Shown: in pieces, positions 28,462-37,384 of the stretch
How the letters are laid out: each line of letters opens with the position of its first letter
How positions within the stretch are numbered: the first letter of the stretch is position 1
Assembly (NCBI GenBank): GCA_964291625.2
Contig: OZ220089.1
Span: forward strand, 1,440,001-1,504,000
From: Candidatus Latescibacterota bacterium
GTDB taxonomy: Bacteria; Latescibacterota; UBA2968; UBA8231
Length of the DNA: 64,000 nt
Reading direction: 5' to 3'
Made by a program: the position numbers and the translations under genes
Notes under the pieces: model-generated
Database searches by the model: none
Told to the model about the DNA's origin: nothing
What the model saw: only the letters and a program-made list of their open reading frames with translations

Positions 28462-29510
28462 GGGCCCCGACCGGCCAGCCTGCCCAGGATGGCGTGCAGC
28501 AGCTCGGCGTTGGCCATGGCGTCCTCGCCGGTGCAGCGGGGCCGCTCCCCGGTGCGCACGCAGCGCAGGAAGTGCTCGGCCTGGGCGCGGAAACACCAGG
28601 GCCCGGCCACCAGGGGCCGCTCGATCACCGGCGACGGACCGGCGCCGCGCAGCAGCTCCACCCGGGCGTGCTCGTCGCGGCGGAAGTTGGAGGAGGGCCG
28701 GATCGTCAGGCGGCCCTTCTCGAAGTAGACGACCATGCTCTCGTCGCGGTCGCCCACCACTGAGGCACTGCCGGTGTGCACGGTCTTGTAGGCGCCGTGG
28801 TCGTAGATGAACATGCGGCTCCGGGTCTCCGGCTCCATGTCGGCGTACAGGACCTCGCGCACCGGATCGAGGAGGTGGATCAGCATGTCGCTCAGGTGGG
28901 TGTCGATGAAGTTCGTGCTCCACGACAGCTGGTGGACCTCGGCGGGAAGGCCGTCGTCGGGGCCGGTGGGCACGGGCGGCTTCTCCTCGGCGGTGGTGAC
29001 CGGCTCGCTCGAGCCGTAGTTGTGGGGCGACCCCCCGCCTCCATGGATGTGGAGCCGCGCCTGCACGACCCGGCCCAGCTCCCCGGAGGCGCGCACCTCG
29101 GCCAGCAGCTGGCGGGCCTTCTCGATGCCGGGGTCGTAGCGGCGCATGTAGCCCACCATCAACAGGCGGCCGGTCTCTGTCGCCGCGTCGACGAGCCGGC
29201 GCGCCTCGGGCAGCCGGTCCGACAGGGGCTTCTCGGTGAAGACGTGCTTGCCGGCCCGCAGCAGGTCGATCCCCACCGGCGCGTGCAAAGGCTCGCGCAG
29301 GATCATCGCCACCGCCTCGATGTCGGGATCGTCGCACAACACGCGGTGGTCCCCGGCGACCTTGCCGATGCCGTAGGTGGACGCGAGCTCGGATGCGAGC
29401 TCCACGCGCCGGTCCACGAGGGTGGTGATCTCGCACTGGTCGGAGGCGGCGAACCAGGGCAGGTGCACGGTCTGCGCCGCCCGGCCGCAGCCGATGAATC
29501 CGATCTTCAT
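28458..29510 (-). CDS. Gfo/Idh/MocA oxidoreductase
   Basis: IGFIGCG, GKHVFTEKP, VGYMRRYDP. Confidence 0.92.
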   Translation of the reverse strand: MKIGFIGCGRAAQTVHLPWFAASDQCEITTLVDRRVELASELASTYGIGKVAGDHRVLCDDPDIEAVAMILREPLHAPVGIDLLRAGKHVFTEKPLSDRLPEARRLVDAATETGRLLMVGYMRRYDPGIEKARQLLAEVRASGELGRVVQARLHIHGGGGSPHNYGSSEPVTTAEEKPPVPTGPDDGLPAEVHQLSWSTNFIDTHLSDMLIHLLDPVREVLYADMEPETRSRMFIYDHGAYKTVHTGSASVVGDRDESMVVYFEKGRLTIRPSSNFRRDEHARVELLRGAGPSPVIERPLVAGPWCFRAQAEHFLRCVRTGERPRCTGEDAMANAELLHAILGRLAGRGP

Positions 29511-29559
29511 GCTCTCTCTCCTGCGGCGATGATTGCCATAGAGGGACCGCTACCGGGTC

Positions 29560-30264
29560 TCAGGTCCGCGCCTGGTCGTTCAGCAGGGCCGGCAGGTCCT
29601 CGATCCTCCGGCACCGGGGAAAGGCGTCCGACGTCCTGGCGGCTTTCTCCACCCAGTTCCAGGGCCACCTCTCGATGAACCAGGTGGCCCAGATCGGCTT
29701 CAGGCCCGCCGCGTCCGCGCCGCGCAGCTCGTCGCTGCCGCCGTCCCCCACGAAGAAGGCTGCACCGGCGTCGACCCTCAACCTGTCACAGGCCGCGAGA
29801 TAGATGGCGGGATTCGGCTTGATCAGCCCCTCCACGCAGGAGAAGACCGGCTCCTCGACCAGGGCCGAGAGCCCGGAGGAGTCCCAGGCGGCGGTCTCGT
29901 CATGGGAGGCGTTCGAGACAAGCCCGATGCGGTACCCTGTCGCCTTCAGGGCCCGCAGGGTCTCGACGACCGCCGGATCCAGCGGCTCGAAGGGCCGCGC
30001 CTTGGCGGCGGCTCGCTCCGCCTGCATCGAGGCGATCTCCTCCTCGGGCGGGTCGATTCGGCAAGCGCGGCAGATGTCCCTCAGCACGTCGCCGTAGAGG
30101 GGCAGCCGGCCGGACATGCGCGCCCCGTAGCGGGCCGCCCACTCGCGGTTGAACTCCTCCCGCGGAATTCCGAGCCGCTCGCCCGGCGCCGGCGCCGGGA
30201 CATGCCACTCCGGGTGGTTCTCGGTGACGAGGGTTTCGTAGAGGTCGAAGAGGATGGCCTTCAT
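29560..30264 (-). CDS. HAD-superfamily hydrolase
   Basis: ILFDLYETL, LVSNA, KPNPAIY, FVGDGGSDEL. Confidence 0.9.
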   Translation of the reverse strand: MKAILFDLYETLVTENHPEWHVPAPAPGERLGIPREEFNREWAARYGARMSGRLPLYGDVLRDICRACRIDPPEEEIASMQAERAAAKARPFEPLDPAVVETLRALKATGYRIGLVSNASHDETAAWDSSGLSALVEEPVFSCVEGLIKPNPAIYLAACDRLRVDAGAAFFVGDGGSDELRGADAAGLKPIWATWFIERWPWNWVEKAARTSDAFPRCRRIEDLPALLNDQART

Positions 30265-30293
30265 ATATTCCACCGGATACGGAGAGACCCAAG

Positions 30294-30737
30294 GTGATGC
30301 GGCCCGACCACACAAGTGAGAGACCGGCCGAGAAGGCGCTGGATGAGTTCTTCCACCGGGAGCGCCCGCCCGGAGTGGCGGCGGTCTATCTCTACGGAAG
30401 CGCAGCCCGGGGGGAGGAGCACTCTCAGAGCGACATCGACGTGGCCGTGCTCCTGGACCGCGCCTGCTTCCCCTCCCGGGAGCAGCGGGCCGACGAGCGG
30501 GTGCGGCTCACCGCCGAGCTGATCCGCGTACTCGCCAGGAACGACGTCGACCTCGTCGTTCTCAACGACGTCCCGCCGGGCCTCGGCCGCCATGCGATCA
30601 CCGCGGGGGTCCGCGTGTACGTGGCCGACCCCGAGGCCGATCACGCCTTCTGCCGCGACGTGCAGCTCCTCGCCGCCGATCTCGATCCATTCCTGCGGCG
30701 GATGCGGCAGATCAAGCTGAAGGCTCTTGCCACGTGA
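30294..30737 (+). CDS. mntA: MntA-like minimal nucleotidyltransferase antitoxin (type VII TA)
   Basis: GSx10DxD motif YLYGSAARG...SDIDVAV, plus VDLVVLN. Confidence 0.88.
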   Translation: MMRPDHTSERPAEKALDEFFHRERPPGVAAVYLYGSAARGEEHSQSDIDVAVLLDRACFPSREQRADERVRLTAELIRVLARNDVDLVVLNDVPPGLGRHAITAGVRVYVADPEADHAFCRDVQLLAADLDPFLRRMRQIKLKALAT

Positions 30738-31150
30738 CCTACCTCGTGGAACGGCTCGCCGAGCTGCGGAAGCACCTCGATCACCTCAGGGGGCTGGAAC
30801 CGAGAGTCGAGGGGCCGGAGTCCCTGCGGCGGGACCTGAGCCTTCACAACGATGTCATGTTCTCTCTGTTGACCGTGGCACAACTGGTCATCGACATCTC
30901 GGGGGAACTGGGCGCCCGCCGCGGGCAGCGCTTCGAGGACTACACCGAGGCCGTACGCAGTCTGTCGGCCTACGAGGAGTTTCCGCCGGAGCTCGTGGCG
31001 GGGCTCTCCCGCCTCCCGGGGTTCCGCAACATCCTGATCCACGAGTACGTCGCCCTGGACTACGAGCAGGTGGTCCGGGCGATCCGGGATCTCGAGCCCC
31101 TCGCGGAATTCCTCCGCCGCGCAGCGGCCCTCGAACAAGAGGAGCCTTGA
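30734..31150 (+). CDS. hepT: HepT-like HEPN (DUF86) RNase toxin
   Basis: Rx4H motif GFRNILIHEY; 4-bp overlap with mntA. Confidence 0.88.
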   Translation: MTYLVERLAELRKHLDHLRGLEPRVEGPESLRRDLSLHNDVMFSLLTVAQLVIDISGELGARRGQRFEDYTEAVRSLSAYEEFPPELVAGLSRLPGFRNILIHEYVALDYEQVVRAIRDLEPLAEFLRRAAALEQEEP

Positions 31151-31217
31151 GGCCAGGGGAGCCTCCCCTCGGCGCACTGGCCGAGAAAGCTGCCCTGGCC
31201 CCTGCGTGGCGCTGGCA

Positions 31218-32351
31218 TCAACCCTGACGAGTCACGGCGCCGCGCTCCTCGAGGTCCACCCACGCACCATCCTCGCGGCCGGCGTACTCCGACTGGGGCC
31301 GGAAGATCCGGCCCACGGCCTCCTGCTCCCGGCAGTGGGCGATCCAGCCGGCCATGCGGCTCACGGCGAAGGTGGAGCTGAACAGCTCCGGCGGGACTCC
31401 GAGCCCATGGAGCAGGACCGCCGTGTAGAACTCGGCGTTGGCATACAGGCGCCGGCCGGGCTTGTACTCCTCCAGCAGTCTCACCGCCTCCGCTTCGACG
31501 GCTCCCGCAAGGTCGAGCAGGCCTGTCTCTCCCTCGGCCGCGCACAGATCCCGGGCGGCTTGCGCGAGGACGGCCGCGCGGGGATCCCGCGCCTTGTACT
31601 CGCGGTGCCCGAAACCCATCAGGCGTTCGCCGCGCTCGAGGAGGTTGCGGATGCAGGGCTCCGCCCGGCCGGGGACCCCGATCTCCCGCAGCATGGTCAG
31701 GGCCGGCTCGGGGGCGCCGCCGTGGAGCGGGCCCTTCAGGGCGCCGAGGGCGCCGACCACGGCCGACTTCAGATCCGAGCGCGTCGAGGTGATGACGCGG
31801 GCCGTGAAGGTCGACGCGTTCATGCCGTGGTCGACCATGGTGTTGAGGTAGGTGTCCAGCGCCCGGGCCCTGGCCTCCGTCGGCCGGCGGCCCGTCAGCA
31901 TGTAGAGGAAGTTCGCCGCCAGGCGGAGTCCCGGGTCCGGCTGCACCGCCGGTTTCCCTTCCATCGATCGCGCTGCCGCGGCGACGATGACGGGGGTGGC
32001 GCCCACGAGGGCGGCATCCGACCCGGGGTCCTCGAGGCACAGCGAGTCGAGGGCCAGGCGCAGGATGTCGATCGGCCTCTGGCCTGCGGCTGCGGCGGCC
32101 TCGATCAGGGACCGGGTGCCGGCGGGAAGGGTCCACCCTGAGATCCGTCCCTGGAGCGCGTCGAGCTGCTCGGCGTCCGGGAGCTCACCTGTCCACAGCA
32201 GGCAGACCGTCTCCTCGAACCAGGCCCTCGGGGCCAGCTCCTCCACCGGGAATCCGCCCAGCCAGAGCCGGCCCTCCTCCCCGTCGATCCCGCTCAACCG
32301 CGTGCGGGCGGCGACTACGCCTTCCAGGCCTTCCTCGATCCCCACCGTCAT
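31218..32351 (-). CDS. Citrate synthase / methylcitrate synthase-like protein
   Basis: GLEGVVAA, DHGMNASTF, GPLHGGA, GFGHREY, NAEFY. Confidence 0.92.
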   Translation of the reverse strand: MTVGIEEGLEGVVAARTRLSGIDGEEGRLWLGGFPVEELAPRAWFEETVCLLWTGELPDAEQLDALQGRISGWTLPAGTRSLIEAAAAAGQRPIDILRLALDSLCLEDPGSDAALVGATPVIVAAAARSMEGKPAVQPDPGLRLAANFLYMLTGRRPTEARARALDTYLNTMVDHGMNASTFTARVITSTRSDLKSAVVGALGALKGPLHGGAPEPALTMLREIGVPGRAEPCIRNLLERGERLMGFGHREYKARDPRAAVLAQAARDLCAAEGETGLLDLAGAVEAEAVRLLEEYKPGRRLYANAEFYTAVLLHGLGVPPELFSSTFAVSRMAGWIAHCREQEAVGRIFRPQSEYAGREDGAWVDLEERGAVTRQG

Positions 32352-32402
32352 GTTCCGCTCCCTTCGGTCCGGGTTCGATTGACGATTGTACCACGAGCCC
32401 AT

Positions 32403-32430
32403 ACATTGTCAATGTTGATCCAATAATCAA
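32403..32430. promoter_or_regulatory. Paired palindromes in the divergent promoter region
   Basis: ACATTG-T-CAATGT (32403-32415) and TTGAT-N6-ATCAA (32415-32430) in an AT-rich spacer. Confidence 0.6.
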
Positions 32431-32445
32431 TCTATCAGTCCTCGA

Positions 32446-33669
32446 ATGCCTCCTTCACGCTACCTCTCCTCCACCGAGGCCTGCTCCGAGCTGGGAATCC
32501 AGCCGCAGACCCTCTACTCCTACGTGAGCCGCGGTCTGGTCCGCTCCGAGAGCGGGGACCAGCGGCGCCGCACCCGCCAGTACCACCGCGAGGACATCGA
32601 GCGGCTCCGCCACCAGAAGGAGCTTCGGGCCCACCCCGAGGCCGCCGCCGGACGAGCCCTGCGGGCCCGGGATCCGGTCCTGGAGTCCGCCCTCAGCCGG
32701 ATCGACGACGACGACCTCTACTACCGGGGGATCAGCGTCGGCGAGCTGGCGCGGCAGAGCACGGCCGAGGAGGTGGCGGCCCTGCTGTGGACGGGGGACC
32801 GGTCCCGGCCCATCGAGGGATTCGCCGGCGAGATCCGGCTCGAAGGAGTCGGCCCCGCCCTCGACGCGGAGCTGGCGCCGCTGTCGGCCGTCGAACGGAT
32901 GCAGGCGCTGCTGCCCGTGATCGGAGCGGGCGATCCCGCGGCCTACGCCACGGCGCCTCCGCGGATCCATCGCAGCGGGGCCCGCATCCTCCGGCTCATG
33001 ACGCTGATCGCCGCCGGCCGGCCGCGGACCGGCAGCGGAATCGCCCGGACCCTGCAGACCGCCTGGCTGCCGGAAAGACCGGAGACCGCCCGGCTCCTCG
33101 AGGCCGCCCTGATCCTCTGCGCCGACCACGAGCTCAACGTCTCCACCTTCACCTGCCGCACCGTGGCGTCGAGCGGGGCCGGCCTCCACGCGGTGGTCAC
33201 GGCCGGACTCAGCGCTCTGCAGGGACCCCGCCACGGCGGATCGACCGGTCGCCTGGAGGCCCTCTGGGACGAAGCGGAAGCCAGCGGCGCAGGCGAGACG
33301 ATCGCCAGCAGGCTCCGGAGAGGGGACCCCGTCGAGGGCTTCGGACACGTGGTCTACCGCGGCGTCGACCCGCGGGCGAAGATCCTCCTGGACCTGCTGG
33401 AGGCAGCGGTCCCCGAGGCCCTGGAACTTCAGACCGCGAGGGAGTTGATCGGGGAGGTCGGGAAACGGACGGGGCTCTCCCACAACCTGGACCTGGCGCT
33501 GGTGGCCCTGCGCCGGTCCCTGGGCCTGGAGAGAGGAGCCGCCCTGCTGTTGTTCTGCCTCGGCCGGACCATCGGCTGGATCGCCCACGCGATGGAACAG
33601 TACCAGACCGGACGCCTCATCCGCCCGCGCGCGAGATACACGGGACCGGATCCACGGAAAGGGAACTGA
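32446..33669 (+). CDS. Citrate synthase-like protein with an N-terminal MerR/excisionase-type HTH
   Basis: HTH YLSSTEACSELGIQPQTLYSYVSRGLV, then DHELNVSTF, GPRHGG, GFGH, NLD. Confidence 0.9.
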   Translation: MPPSRYLSSTEACSELGIQPQTLYSYVSRGLVRSESGDQRRRTRQYHREDIERLRHQKELRAHPEAAAGRALRARDPVLESALSRIDDDDLYYRGISVGELARQSTAEEVAALLWTGDRSRPIEGFAGEIRLEGVGPALDAELAPLSAVERMQALLPVIGAGDPAAYATAPPRIHRSGARILRLMTLIAAGRPRTGSGIARTLQTAWLPERPETARLLEAALILCADHELNVSTFTCRTVASSGAGLHAVVTAGLSALQGPRHGGSTGRLEALWDEAEASGAGETIASRLRRGDPVEGFGHVVYRGVDPRAKILLDLLEAAVPEALELQTARELIGEVGKRTGLSHNLDLALVALRRSLGLERGAALLLFCLGRTIGWIAHAMEQYQTGRLIRPRARYTGPDPRKGN

Positions 33670-33671
33670 CC

Positions 33672-34067
33672 ATGTCCATCGACCAGATGAACCACTACCA
33701 GCGCAAGCTCGCCTGCGAGATGGACTCGTGGGACCTCTACGAAGCCCTGGGCGAGAGCGAACCCGTCACCGTCATCGACGGCCGCTCTGCCGAGGCCTAC
33801 GCGGAAGAGCACATTCCGGGCGCGGTCAGCCTGCCGCACCGGAAAATCTCACACAGTTCCACCCGGACCCTGGACAAGTCCCGGGTCCACGTCTGCTACT
33901 GCGACGGCATCGGCTGCAACGCCTCGACCAAGACGGCGCTGAAGCTGCTCACCCTGGGCTTCGAAGTGCGCGAGCTGATCGGAGGGCTGGACTGGTGGAA
34001 GCGCGACGGCTACGCCACCGCGGGGACCGGCGGGCGGCCCGGGACGGAGGTCAGGTGTGGGTGTTGA
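33672..34067 (+). CDS. Rhodanese-like domain protein
   Basis: HIPGAVSLP, YCDGIGCNAS, LIGGLDWWK. Confidence 0.9.
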   Translation: MSIDQMNHYQRKLACEMDSWDLYEALGESEPVTVIDGRSAEAYAEEHIPGAVSLPHRKISHSSTRTLDKSRVHVCYCDGIGCNASTKTALKLLTLGFEVRELIGGLDWWKRDGYATAGTGGRPGTEVRCGC

Positions 34068-34071
34068 GGGA

Positions 34072-34398
34072 TCAGGTCCCGTTTTCCAGCCGCGCACTCA
34101 CGAGCCGGTTCAGGCTGACCCCTTGCTCGGCAGCCTGGATAGCCAGCGCTCGATGGGATTCCGGCGGCACCCGCACCATGAACTTCCCGCTGTAGCTGCG
34201 GTCCGCGATCGGCTCGGGGGCGGTTTCTCCGGTGACTTGCATGTCTGCGAGGCACTCGCGCACCAGGCGTTGGATTCCAGACAGCGCCGCGGCGTGCGTA
34301 GGTGCCAGCCAGCTCAGCGAGGGGAACTCCGCGCACAGACCGACATGCTCGTTGTCTTCCGCCGACCACGTGATGCGGTAGGTGTAATGGTCGCTCAT
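34072..34398 (-). CDS. hicB: HicB antitoxin
   Basis: HYTYRITWSAED...CAEFPSLSWL...YSGKFMVRVPPESHRALAIQAAEQGVSLN. Confidence 0.92.
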   Translation of the reverse strand: MSDHYTYRITWSAEDNEHVGLCAEFPSLSWLAPTHAAALSGIQRLVRECLADMQVTGETAPEPIADRSYSGKFMVRVPPESHRALAIQAAEQGVSLNRLVSARLENGT

Positions 34399-34562
34399 CT
34401 CATGCCCTCCAGCCTTTCGATGGCCTTGATGACTTGGCGCACCTGGTAGGGTTTCGCCATCCCCCTTGGCGTTCTGGATGTTCACACGCGGATCTCCAAG
34501 CCACGGTGTCCGGTAGACTGATGACTGGTGCTCTTCTGGCGCGGATCTCCGAAGTAGTAGCA
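34395..34562 (-). pseudogene. hicA: HicA toxin pseudogene (5' deletion plus two frameshifts)
   Basis: Reads YFGDPRQKSTSH / VYRTPWLGDPRVNIQNAKG / MAKPYQVRQVIKAIERLEG with two frame changes; ATGA overlap with hicB; in-frame TAA immediately upstream. Confidence 0.85.
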
Positions 34563-34581
34563 TTAATGATACTGTTGTCAA
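34556..34581 (-). promoter_or_regulatory. Putative hicAB promoter/operator
   Basis: TTGACA at 34581-34576 followed by the 18-bp near-palindrome AGTATCATTAATGCTACT (34573-34556). Confidence 0.65.
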
Positions 34582-34585
34582 TACC

Positions 34586-37000
34586 TCACTCCGTCCTGAT
34601 GACGAAGTAGGGCGTCCCGATGCGCCAGTCGGGCCAGCGGGTGGCCCGGCCATCGCCGAAGCCGAACTCGAAGAACACCATCAGGTCCCAGGCGGGATCG
34701 ATCGCCTGGCCGGGGATCACGGCGGAGTGGCCGTCGCCGGCGGGTCGCATGTCGATGCTGTCGAAGTCCAGGGCCTGATGGGCGATCCGGTGGAAGCAGC
34801 GGATGAAGCGCGGCGTGGGTGATTCGCACCGGATGTGCAGCTCCAAGTCGCGCCCGGCGGTGGCGCAGGCTGGAGGAACGAAGGCCACCTGCGGCGGATC
34901 GGGGTGGACCTCCCCGCCAGGGAAAGGCACGGGAGCCGAGGATCCGCTCTCCGGCTGTTCCGCGAGGAGCGCATCGATGGCCGCCAGGTCCCGCTCGACC
35001 ACGGCCAGGTCATCCCTCCAGTGGCCGGTGTGGCCCTTCTCCCGGAACCCGAAGACCAGATCGCCGCCGTAGGCGCCCTCGGCCGCCGAGGACAGGGCCG
35101 ACCAGTGGTCCCGCGCCTGCAGCAGGAGCTCGCGCACGTCAGGCAGCCGATGGCAGTCCCCCGCCTTGCGGTGAAAGGCGAGGTGGACCGCCGCCAGCAG
35201 GCGGCAGGCATGGTACTCCGCCAGGTGCGTGAGCAGGGTGAAGTCGAGCAGGGTGTGCCGCAGCTCCGGCTCCCCCGGATCTCCACTTAGGCCGGACAGA
35301 ATACCGCGCACCTCTGCGGCAATCCGGCGCAGGTGTCCGGCCACCTGGGGCGGCGTCCACTTGCCGCAGAGACGGCCCCCCAGGGCATCCCCCACGTATT
35401 CGTCGATGCCGTAGAACCGGGTCGGGTCGCTGGGCTCGGTGCGCGCGTCCTCCTCCAGGCCGCGGCCGGCGTAGCGCTCGGGCCAGAAGGTCCAGAGGCT
35501 GGCCGAGTGCTGCAGCACCACGGTCAGCAGGGGCAGGATCCGGCCGCCGATGCGGTAGAGTTCCTCCACCGAGGCCGCCGCTCCCCCGAAGCGATGACGC
35601 AGCTCCCGCCGCCAGACTTCGGGATCGCTGTCCGGGTCGTATCCCAGGCGGCCGAAGAGCAGGTGGAACATCCAGTGGCGCCCGTGCTCCGCGGCGGGGG
35701 ACGCGAAGGCGGGATCGGTGCTCGCCGGCCAGGGCGGCCCCTCGTCCCGGACCCCCTTGTTGGTCAGCGGCGCCATCACCTCGAAGCCGTCGCCGCCGAA
35801 GGTGCAGGACCGGGCGAAGCGACGCACCCACTCCGGATCCCCCCACAGCAGCACGCGCTGGCTGCCCGCGCTCCAGAGCCGGTGGATCAGCGGGAAGGAA
35901 CGCGGCTTTCGCAGCAGGTCCCAGGTGCCGTAGCGGCGGTAGTTGTTCCGGTCCAACCGCTGGATCGCCGGCATGGGGTAGGGCAGGCCCAGGTGCTCGC
36001 ACCAGTGCTTGGTGGAGACCATCGTCTCCGGGACGAGCTCCCGCGCCAGTCGGATGGTGTCGTCGGTCAGCCCCTTGGCGCGCAGGTCCAGGCGGACGGG
36101 CCGGCCGCACCCGGCGACGGCGCGGAACTGCGGCTCGTAGTACTCGGCTTGGCGATCCTCGGCGACGCCGGACTCGGAGTTCATGCGGAACTGGACCCCG
36201 TCGATCCCCGGACACGAGTCGAGCAGCCGCGCCAGGCCCGCGGCGTTGTACGCCGCCAGGATCTCCGGCGTGAGGCCCTCCACCATGGGGTCGCCGTAGT
36301 CGTGGGCGTGCTGGGACCAGACGCCGAAGGTGAAGTGCAGGCCCCGCCCGCGGGTGAGTCCGGCGACGCGGACCAGCATCTCCAGGTGCCGGGACCGCTC
36401 CTCGGCGGTGAAGCCGATGGGGCGGACCTGCGGGAACCCGGGAACCTCCAGCAGGAAGGGATACGGCGGCGACAGGTAGGCGATCTGGTGGCCGAAGGTG
36501 AGGCTCAGGTTGTTGTAGCGGCACCGCGCCAGCCGGCCCAGGTACTCCTCCCAGAAACCGTCGTCGTAGAACCAGGCCTCCTCGAGGCGGCGGTTGCAGA
36601 GGAAGAGCTGCATGCTGCGCCAGGCGAGCTGCGGGGACTGGACGGCGGGAGCGATGGCCGCGAAGGCATCGGCTCTCGGCGGCGCCAGCTCGACGGCGCG
36701 CGCCGCTTCGAGGAGGGCGTACGTCAGGCCACGCTCGTCCCGGCCACAGACGAGGAACCCGCCGCCGGCGAGTGGCTGGAGGACCAGGGATTCGGCCGCG
36801 GCGGGACAGCGTACCCCGCCGCGGGCGAGGCCATCCTCCACGGCCGGCGATCCACCCGCCAGGCCGATGACGAAGGCGGGACCCACGCCGGGGGCAGAGG
36901 TGATCTCGGGGGACTCCCCTCGGGCGCGAAGGACGCGTGTCAACTCGTCGAGGGCCCAGCGGGCGGCCGGGGGCAGCGCCGTGTCGACGACGAGTCTCAC
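34586..37000 (-). CDS. Large hypothetical protein, possibly carbohydrate-active (GH67/GH115-like N-terminal module)
   Basis: 804 aa; G.DERGL.YALLE motif, IDGVQFRMNSESGV, LLWGDPEWVRRF. Confidence 0.7.
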   Translation of the reverse strand: MRLVVDTALPPAARWALDELTRVLRARGESPEITSAPGVGPAFVIGLAGGSPAVEDGLARGGVRCPAAAESLVLQPLAGGGFLVCGRDERGLTYALLEAARAVELAPPRADAFAAIAPAVQSPQLAWRSMQLFLCNRRLEEAWFYDDGFWEEYLGRLARCRYNNLSLTFGHQIAYLSPPYPFLLEVPGFPQVRPIGFTAEERSRHLEMLVRVAGLTRGRGLHFTFGVWSQHAHDYGDPMVEGLTPEILAAYNAAGLARLLDSCPGIDGVQFRMNSESGVAEDRQAEYYEPQFRAVAGCGRPVRLDLRAKGLTDDTIRLARELVPETMVSTKHWCEHLGLPYPMPAIQRLDRNNYRRYGTWDLLRKPRSFPLIHRLWSAGSQRVLLWGDPEWVRRFARSCTFGGDGFEVMAPLTNKGVRDEGPPWPASTDPAFASPAAEHGRHWMFHLLFGRLGYDPDSDPEVWRRELRHRFGGAAASVEELYRIGGRILPLLTVVLQHSASLWTFWPERYAGRGLEEDARTEPSDPTRFYGIDEYVGDALGGRLCGKWTPPQVAGHLRRIAAEVRGILSGLSGDPGEPELRHTLLDFTLLTHLAEYHACRLLAAVHLAFHRKAGDCHRLPDVRELLLQARDHWSALSSAAEGAYGGDLVFGFREKGHTGHWRDDLAVVERDLAAIDALLAEQPESGSSAPVPFPGGEVHPDPPQVAFVPPACATAGRDLELHIRCESPTPRFIRCFHRIAHQALDFDSIDMRPAGDGHSAVIPGQAIDPAWDLMVFFEFGFGDGRATRWPDWRIGTPYFVIRTE

Positions 37001-37064
37001 CGGGTCGTCTGGCGAGCGCCAGACGGGGGCATCCTCGCGATGGCTCTGGATCGGGGCATGGTGG

Positions 37065-37347
37065 TCAGGAAGGACCGGCGTCCTGGTCCGTCAGATCGAG
37101 CAGAGAGGAACCGTCGTCCAGATCGACGCCGGGTTGCAGGCCTCGTCCCTTGAAGGTCTTCAAGGTGACGCGCAAACTCTTCGCCTCCTCGAAGTGGCGG
37201 ATCGCCGTCTCGAACTTGTCCCGGCACCCGGGATTGCAGAGCACCGACGACCTGGCCGTCGAACTCGGTCAGCGAGTCGGCCTGCACCGGCTTGCCCGAC
37301 CACGGGCAGGTCTCGTTGATGCAATCGGCAATGTCGAGAGCGGGCAT
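37065..37347 (-). pseudogene. Frameshifted YHS/TRASH-like small protein fused to a vapB 3' remnant
   Basis: INETCPWSGKPV...VVG then a +1 shift to LCNPGCRDKF..., continuing as RVTLKTFKGRGLQPGVDLDDGSSLLDL..GPS*. Confidence 0.75.
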
Positions 37348-37384
37348 GGTGTCTCCCCGTAGACTCGTGCAGCGGTCGAGCACC

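Noticed and set aside
28462-29436. N-terminal extension of the 922-aa LRR ORF (similar extensions on ORFs 10036, 11485, 15076, 16698, 17729, 44690, 48475, 59880 and 61796)
   Set aside because: The extensions overlap other real genes in a different frame or strand; starts were reassigned to coupled or SD-supported codons.
32415-32430. FNR box
   Set aside because: Spacing is TTGAT-N6-ATCAA, not the N4 required for FNR.
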